The notes under the pieces: model-generated | Databases searched by the model: none | What the model saw: only the letters and a program-made list of their open reading frames with translations | What the model was told of the DNA's origin: nothing | Shown: positions 56,891-64,000 of the stretch, piece by piece | How the letters are laid out: each line of letters opens with the position of its first letter | Numbering within the stretch: position 1 is the stretch's first letter | Translations under genes and position numbers: made by a program | DNA from: Scenedesmus sp. PABB004 | Lineage: Eukaryota | DNA length: 64,000 bases | Assembly (NCBI GenBank): GCA_014905635.1 | Contig: JABVCE010000004.1 | Location: 868,001 to 932,000 of the forward strand | Direction: 5' to 3'

Positions 56891-58896
56891 TCACGCCCGG
56901 CCGCGCTTGCGCCCGCCGCCGCCGCCGCCGCCCTGGTCCGCCGCCTTGCGCTTGCCGCGCCTGCTGCCGCCGCCGCCGCGCTGCGGCGTGGCCTTGTGCG
57001 ACCGGCCGGCCGCCTTGGCGGTGGGCCTGGGCGGCACCAGCGCCCCCGTCGTCGCAGGCTCCCCGTCGGGCTCCGCGGCGGACGTCGACGCGGACGCGCC
57101 GGCGGATGCGGCCGCCGCCGGCTCCGGCGCTGACGGCGCCACTGACGCCAGCAGCGCCCACACGTCGGGCTGCCCGTGCAGCTGCGGCTCGGCGGGCGAG
57201 GCCCCCACCTGCTTGCTGGCCTTCTTCTTCTTCTGAGCCCCGGGCTGCGCCGGCGCCGGCTCGGCCAGCAGCAGCGGCGCCGCAAAGCCCGCCGGCAGCT
57301 CGCCTGCGCCGCGCGGCGCCGCGCGCGTCAGGCCAGCCGCCACGTGGCAGTGCGCTGCCAGAGCACCAGACGCGTGCGCTGCCTCGGCGCAACGAGCAAC
57401 GCGGCCGCCGCGCGCCGCCCGCACCGCTCGCCGCGAACGCGTCCGCCTCGCCGAGCGCGGCGAGGAAGATGGCAGACTTGGTCTTGCCCGCGCGCTCCGC
57501 CTGCTGCACGCCCCAGCGCGACAGCCCCCGCTCGCCCACCCACGCGCAGTCGTGGGTGCCGAGGAAGCGCACCAGCGCGGGCCCGCCGCCGCTGCCGCCC
57601 GCGCCGATGCCAGGCGGCGGCGGCGGCGGCGGCGGCGCGGCGGCGGGCGCGGACGCCGGGCCGTCTGCAACGACGACCGCCGGCCACCACGGGTAGCTGC
57701 GGCAGGTGCGGCGCGGGCGGGCGTGTGGGTGCGCCGCGTGCGCATGTGCGTGCGCGTGTGCGTGTGGGGCCGGCGCCGCGGCTCACCGCGCGACCTTGGC
57801 CCACACCAGCGCGCCGGTGGTGATGGTGGCGGCGCTGCGGTAGGGCTTGGCCGGCTCGCAGCTCGCCGCTGCTGCAGGCGGCACCGCCGCCGCCTGGGCC
57901 TGCTCCTGCGCGGACGTGGCCCCGGCGACTGGCCGCTGCAGGCGCTGCGGCGCCGGCGGCGCGTGCTGCGCCTGCGGCGAGGGGGCGCGCTGCAGCAACC
58001 CGCCCCCCACGCCCCCGGTGAGCTTGTGGATGCCCGGCGAGATGGCCACAGGCGGCCACCGCGCCCGCTCGCTCACGCCCGGCACCGCCACCTGCGGCAC
58101 CTGCAGCGTGCGCTGCGCCTGGTCCTGCTGCTGCTGCTGCTGCGCCTGTGGCTGCTGCTGCTGCTGCTGCTGCACCAGTGGCTGCACCTGCGCCAGCGGC
58201 GGCCTGGGCTGCGGCGCCGGCATCGCCTGCCCGTCCGGCGCCGCGCTGCTGCGCAGCTGCTGCAGCTGCAGGTGCTGGCGCAGCGCGGCGTCGGCACGGC
58301 CGCCGCCGGGGGCGCCGGGGCCGCGCGGCGACACCGCCAGGCCGTTGGCCACGTCAAACAGGCCGGCGGCGTTGAGGTGGCGCGTGAAGTCGGTCGGCGA
58401 GCCCAGCGACGCGCTGCGCAGCAGGTCTGCGTCCGAAGGCACGGCCGCGGGCAGCATTTAGGTGGGCTGTTTGTGTTGTTGGATTGATCGGCGGCGGCGT
58501 GGGCCGGCCGAGCGGCGCGGCAGCATGCGCGCCGCGCACCGTTGGGCCCTCCGGGGCTGAGGGGGCCCCAGCCGGACGTGTTGAGGTTGAAGGCCGCTGC
58601 CAGCGCGGTGGGGCTGTCGAGGACGTGGCTCCAGGCGTCGGGCGAGTCGTTGCCGCGGTCGGGGAGGACCAGCGCGCCACTGCCGCGCGGCTCTGGCGCG
58701 GGCGCGGCGGCGCAGGCGCGCGGCGCCGCGCGGGGTGGCGGCGGGGCAAGCGCGTGAGGGGGGAGAGCGCGCGCTCCAGGTCGGAGGGCCGGGCACGGCG
58801 CGCGGAGCGCAGGGCGCGCGGCGCCGGCGCGGGCGCGCGCGCCGCGCGCCGCCCCGCCGCCCGCGCACCCAGCTCGTGCAGGCCGTTGCGCCACAT
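56891..58896 (-). CDS. PWWP-domain chromatin protein
   Basis: GALVWAKVA..|YPWWPAVVV...ALVRFLGTHDCAWV and a basic NLS-like tail (RRGKRK, RKRGRA*). The start MWRNGLHEL is inferred. Confidence 0.8.
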
Positions 58897-59274
58897 GGCG
58901 AGCTCGATGCGCCGCGCCGTCAGGGATGGCGGGCGTCCCGCCTGCCGCGCCGGGCGCGACGACAGCAGCGCTCGGAGCAGCTCCGACAGTCTTTTGCGCG
59001 CGCTGCTGCCCGAGAGCGCCGCGACGGCCCATGGGTGCCTCCGTTTCAACGCGCGCGGCAGCGGGCCGCGCGACGAGACCCAGGGCGCTGAGCCCCGGCA
59101 GCAGGCACCCGACGACCGCGGCGCGCGCTCGACGGGCGGTTCACTCGCTCGCCCATCCTTGACCTGCCCCACCGGACCCGGCCGTCCACGCAGCCGCAGC
59201 GCCCGCCGCCGCCGCGCGCGACCGCCGCCGGCCAGCAGCAGCGGCGGCGCTGCGCTCGCCGTGCGGCGCTCGGG

Positions 59275-59996
59275 ATGGCGCCGCCGCCGGCGCCGCCGCC
59301 CCTGGTGTGGGTGGTGGTGCTGGGCGACTTTGGGCGCAGCCCGCGCATGCAGTACCACGCCGCGTCGCTCGCGGCGGCGGGGTACGGCGTGGCCGTCGTC
59401 GCGCTGCCCGGCAGCCCGCCGATCGCGGCGCTGCGCGGCGCGGCCAACGTGCGGCTCGCGCTGCTGCCGCCGCCGCCGGCGGCGCTCGCCGCGGCGCCGG
59501 CGCTGCTGGGCCTCGCGCTCAAGGCGGCGTGGCAGCTCGCGGCGCTGGCGTGGCTGATGCTCGTGGCGCTGCCGCGCCCGGTCGCCATACTGATGCAGAA
59601 CCCGCCCGCCATCCCCGCCATGGCCGCGTGCGCGGCCGCGGCGGCGCGGCACCGCGCGGCGTGGGTGGTCGACTGGCACAACACCGCGTTCTCCATCCTC
59701 GCGCTCAAGCACGGCCGCCGGCGCTGGCTCATCGCGCTCGCGCGCTGGCTCGAGCGCCGCGGCGGCGCCGCCGGCGCGGCGCACTTTTGCGTGACCGCCG
59801 CGATGCAGCGCTGGCTGGCCGCCGAGTTTGGCGTGCCCGCGGCTGTGCTCTACGATCGCCCGCCCGCGGCGTTCCGGCCGACGCCGCCGGCCGAGGCGCA
59901 CGCGCTGCTGGCGCGCCTGGCGCCGCAGCTGCGCGCGGAGGGCATCGGCGCCGCGCTGCAGCGCCACCTCGACGCCGCCGATGCCGCCGACGCGGC

Positions 59997-60032
<36 letters not shown>

Positions 60033-60865
60033 GGCGGCGGCGGCGCGGCGGCGGCGGCGGCGGCGGCGAGAGCGCGGCGCGGCAGCAGCGGCAGCAGCAG
60101 CAGCGCCCGGAGCGGCAGCAGCAGCCCGCCGCGACGCTGCTGACGCTGCGGCCCGCGCCGGGCGCGCCGCCGGGTCCGCGGCCGGGGCGGCCGGCGCTCG
60201 TCGTGAGCAGCACGAGCTGGACGCCGGACGAGGACTTTGGGCTGCTGCTCGACGCGGCGCTCGCGTACGACGCCGCGGCGGCGCGCGCGCCGGCGGGGAC
60301 CTACCCCGACGTCGCCTTCATCATCACCGGCCGCGGCCCGCAGCGCGACGCGTACCTCGCGCGCGTGCGGCGCCTGCGCCTCGCGCGCGTCGCGTTTGCG
60401 AGCCTCTGGCTCGAGCCCGAGGACTACCCCGCCCTGCTCGGCGCGGCCGACCTCGGCGTCTGCCTGCACACGTCGTCGTCGGGGCTCGACCTGCCGATGA
60501 AGGTCGTCGACATGTTTGGCGCCGGCCTGCCCGTCTGCGCGGTCGACTACCCCGCCATCACCGAGCTCGTCGCGCCCGGGCGCACCGGCCTGCTCTTCAC
60601 GTCCGCGGAGCAGCTCGCGCGGCAGCTGCTCGAGCTGCTCGCCGGCTTTGGCGGCGGCGCCGGCGGCGGCGGCGGCAAGCTCGCCGCGATGCGCGCGGCC
60701 GTCGCCGAGGCGCACGGCGCGTGGCGCTGGGACGACAACTGGGCGCGCGTCGCGGGGCCGGTCTTTGCCGACGCAGCGGCGGCGCGCGGGCTGTGCGCTG
60801 CGGGCGCTGGCGCCGGCGGCGGCGGCGGCGGCGGGCGCGAGGGGGTGCAGAAAAAGGCGGCGTGA
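59275..60865 (+). CDS. ALG1: Chitobiosyldiphosphodolichol beta-mannosyltransferase; apparent frameshift in a GGC repeat near 60001-60070
   Basis: VVVLGDFGRSPRMQYHA, MQNPPAIP and VDWHN lie in one frame. VSSTSWTPDEDF and GVCLHTSSSGLDLPMKVVDMFG lie in another. Confidence 0.93.
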
Positions 60866-61222
60866 GCGCCGCGGCGCGGCCGACGGCGGTGGCGCGCTTG
60901 CGCCCTGCGCCCCGCGTAACACGGCGGCCGCCCGCTCGCTGGGCCTTGCTCCATCGCGGCGCCCCCGCCCGGAGTCGCCGCCCACGCGCGCATGACGGGC
61001 AGCCGCGCCCGCAAGCGCTCGCTCTCGCGGCCCGCAGTCTGCGTCAACAACACGCCCCGCCTGCAGCCCCCCGGGCCCTGCAGCGCCGCCGGTCGGTCGT
61101 GAAGGCCGCCAGGACGCTCGTCAGTGCTCGCCCCGCCCTCCAGCGGCGCCAGCGTCGCCGGGCGGGCCGCATCGCCGCGCCAGCCCCGCCAGCGCGCCGC
61201 AGCGGCGCGCGGGGGGCGCGCC

Positions 61223-63930
61223 ATGCCGCTCATACTGGAGGAGGACTCCCGGGCGATGTCTGGCTTCGACCCCGCCTCCGCGGCGACGCTGTACTGGAAG
61301 GACGTGCCCGTGCTGGTGCGCCAGGCTGACCGCGAGGACCAGACCGAGGCGCTCACCTTCCGCATCCTCTCGGGCGTGACCAAGCAGAACCACAGCCTGC
61401 GGGTGCGGCCGGGCGCGCCGCCGCGGTGTGGCGCCGCGGCGCCGGCGCGCGCGCCGCCGCCGCCGCTGCTCAGCGGCGCGCGGCGCAGGTGCTGCGCATC
61501 CACGCGTCGAGCGAGGCCGACCCCTACTTCCTGCACACGATGGAGGTGACGGAGGACGAGTTCCAGGGCCTCAAGGCGGAGCAGGGCATCCTGGTCGACT
61601 TTGGCAGCTTTCCCGGCAAGATCGTGTCGCTGTTCGAGCGCTGCATCGCCGCCGCCGCGCCCGACGCGCCGCGCTTCGCCGCCGTGCTCGCGGTCGGCGC
61701 GGGCGAGTCGGTGCTGAAGATTGTGGAGACGAACGACTTCAAGCAGCTGCCGCACGTGACGCTCGCGTTCAGGCCGGGCAACGACTTCACCGTCAAGCAG
61801 GCACGCTCGGCGGCAACCAGCGCCCGGCACCGCGGCGGCCGGCGCGGCCGCGGCAGCGCGCCCGGCCCTGCGCGTGCAGCCCGGCAGCGCCCCCTGTGCT
61901 TGCCGCGCGGCCGCGTCCGCGCGGGCGGCCGCAGCGCCAGCCTGGCGCACGCACGTGACTGCGCCGCCCGCCGCGCCGCAGTTCCTGGCCTTCCGCCTGG
62001 GCGAGGTCAAGGACGACTGCGCGAAGCTGCAGGACCAGCTCGCCAACAGCCAGGTCGAGTCGTGCCAGTTCCAGCAGCGCCTCGCCGAGTGCACGGCGCA
62101 GCTGGCCGACCTGCAGGAGCGCCACAGCCGGCAGACGCTGGAGCTGGAGGCGCAGCTGCGCGAGCAGGCCGCAACCGCACAGCAGGACAAGCTGGACGCG
62201 GTCGCAGCCACCCGGGCGCAGCTGGAGCGGTGAGCGCGGGGCGGCGTGCGGCTGCTGTTTGGTTCTGTGTCGCCGGCGGCGGCGCCTCAACACCACCGCG
62301 CGCCGCGCGCCCGCAGGGAGCTGGACGAGGCGGCGCGGCGGCACGCCGCGCAGGCGGAGCTGCTCAACGCCCGCATCGCTGAGCTGGACGGCGAGGGCCG
62401 CAAGCTGCGGGACCAGAAGTACGCGCTGGACACGCAGGTGCGCCGCGCCGGCATTGGGCGGCGCCCACGGGCCGCTGCGGGGCCGCAGGTGCAGGCCGGC
62501 CGCGCCGCGCCCGGTCGCCCGACCGCCCGGCCGCGCGCGACGCTCCGCAGGTGTCAGAGCTCAGCCACAAGCTCGGCAGTGCGGAGGGCGCGGCGCGCTC
62601 GCTGGAGCAGGAGGTGGGCCAGCTGCGCGTTCAGCACAAGGCGGTGGCGGCCGACAAGCACGGCCTCGAGCTGGCGCTGGCGGACACCAGGGCGCAGCTC
62701 GCGGCGGCGCAGGAGAAGGTGCGCGGCGAGCCAGGGTGGCGCGCGCGCGCGCGCGCCGGCGGGCCCTGCGTTCGAGCCTGGCGCTGCGAGCCAGCCGGCC
62801 TGCCAGGCGCGCCGTGCCACGCCGACCATCCGCCGCCCGGTCCGCCCGCCCGCCCCCGCCGCGCCGCAGTGCTCGTCGCAGGGCCAGCTCATCGCGCAGC
62901 AGCAGGCGCGCCTGGGCGACCTCGAGGGCGCCGCACGGCAGTGGGAGGAGCGCTGCGCCGACCTGCGCGACCTCGCGGCGGGGCACGAGGCGCGCTGCAG
63001 GGAGGCGGCGGGCGAGGTGCTCAAGGGCAACGAGGCGATCGACAAGCTGCAGGTGCGCCGCTGGCGCGTGCGCGCGCGAGCGCGCGCCGGGGCTCGGCCG
63101 GGCCGCGCGGCGCCCGGCTGCGCCGCGCCGGGTCGGTAAGCGCGTGCGCGCCGACCGCGCGCCTTGGCACCGCCGCCGGGCCTGCGCAGACCGACCTGCG
63201 GCTGCTGAAGGAGAAGTCCAAGCGCAAGCAGGCCATCCTGGTGCGCCAGGAGGAGGAGATCGCGGGCCGCGAGGCCCAGCTCGCGGCGGCGCAGCGCGAG
63301 CTCGCGGCGGCGGGCCACGCGCGCGAGGGCCTCGCCGCCGAGGCCGGCGCGCTCAAGGCGGACAACGCGGAGCTGCGCGCCAAGCTGGAGGAGAGCCGGC
63401 AGCAGCTGCAGAGCAACGAGCAGATGATCCGCTGGCTAAACCAGCAGGTGCGGCGCCCGCGGCGGCGCGCGGCGTGCGGGCGGGCGGGCGGGTGCGCGAC
63501 GCCGGCCGCTGCCGGCGCCGCCTGCGCGACGCCGAGCCCGCGCCGCTCGGCGCCGCCGCCGGCGGCCGCGCAGGTCACGGACGCGCAGCTGCAGGTCAGC
63601 GCGGTGCCGGGCTCGCGCTTCAAGTTCCGCCCCTCCGCGGCGCCCGCCGCCGGGCTGGGCGCCGCCACGCCCGGGCTCACCACGTCGTGGCCGCTCGCGG
63701 GCGCCGTCACGCCCGGCCTCGCGGGCGGGCCCGGCACCGCCGCCAAGCTCGGCGGCGCCAAGGCCGCGCACTCCACGGCGCCGTTTGCCGCGTTCAACGC
63801 CGGCAAGTTCTCGCCGCAGACGGTCTCGCCGCGGCACGGCGACTACGCGCTGCCCACGCCGCGCCAGGACTGCGCGGCGCCGCCGCCGGCGCCGGCCGCG
63901 AGCGTCGCGACGGGCGTGGTGCGGCGGTGA
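61223..63930 (+). CDS. SAS6: Centriolar cartwheel protein SAS-6 (BLD12)
   Basis: Head domain LYWKDVPVLVRQADRED...LKAEQGILVDFGSFPGKI...IVETNDFKQLPHVTLAFRPGN, closely resembling Chlamydomonas SAS-6 as I recall it, followed by a coiled coil with NEQMIRWLNQQ. Confidence 0.95.
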
Positions 63931-64000
63931 CGCGGCTCGCCGCGGCGGGAAGACCACGACGGGGGGTGTGGGCACCGGCGCTCGCGGCGCGCGCCTGCAC

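Noticed and set aside
33163..60865. Functional cell-wall gene cluster (FAR, GT2-GH9, ALG1, CHI-fold)
   Set aside because: The genes are interspersed with unrelated housekeeping genes, and nothing in the sequence shows co-regulation.

Overview
This is very GC-rich, gene-dense eukaryotic nuclear DNA with short spliceosomal introns, many with GC rather than GT donors. The SAS-6 sequence, plastid-type IspF and NadB, and TGTAA poly(A) signals point to a chlorophycean green alga (inference). Most long six-frame ORFs are GC artefacts; I assembled the genes by hand from exons. Genes in order: PDH E2 (partial), an unknown protein, GLG1-like copy A, HEL2/ZNF598, IspF, GLG1-like copy B, MED31, an F-box protein, NadB, an OTU-like fragment, fatty acyl-CoA reductase (FAR), a GATA factor, a GT2-GH9 fusion, a CHI-fold protein, a Popeye-like protein, a PWWP protein, ALG1 and SAS-6. 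The best candidate for a new system is the 12-exon gene at 44210-49994. It fuses a BcsA-type cellulose-synthase-like GT2 to a GH9 endoglucanase domain whose catalytic residues are substituted. Also notable: an inversion signature with duplicated breakpoints around the GATA gene, a gene-conversion tract between the GLG1 paralogues, a duplicated exon, and three apparent frameshifts.
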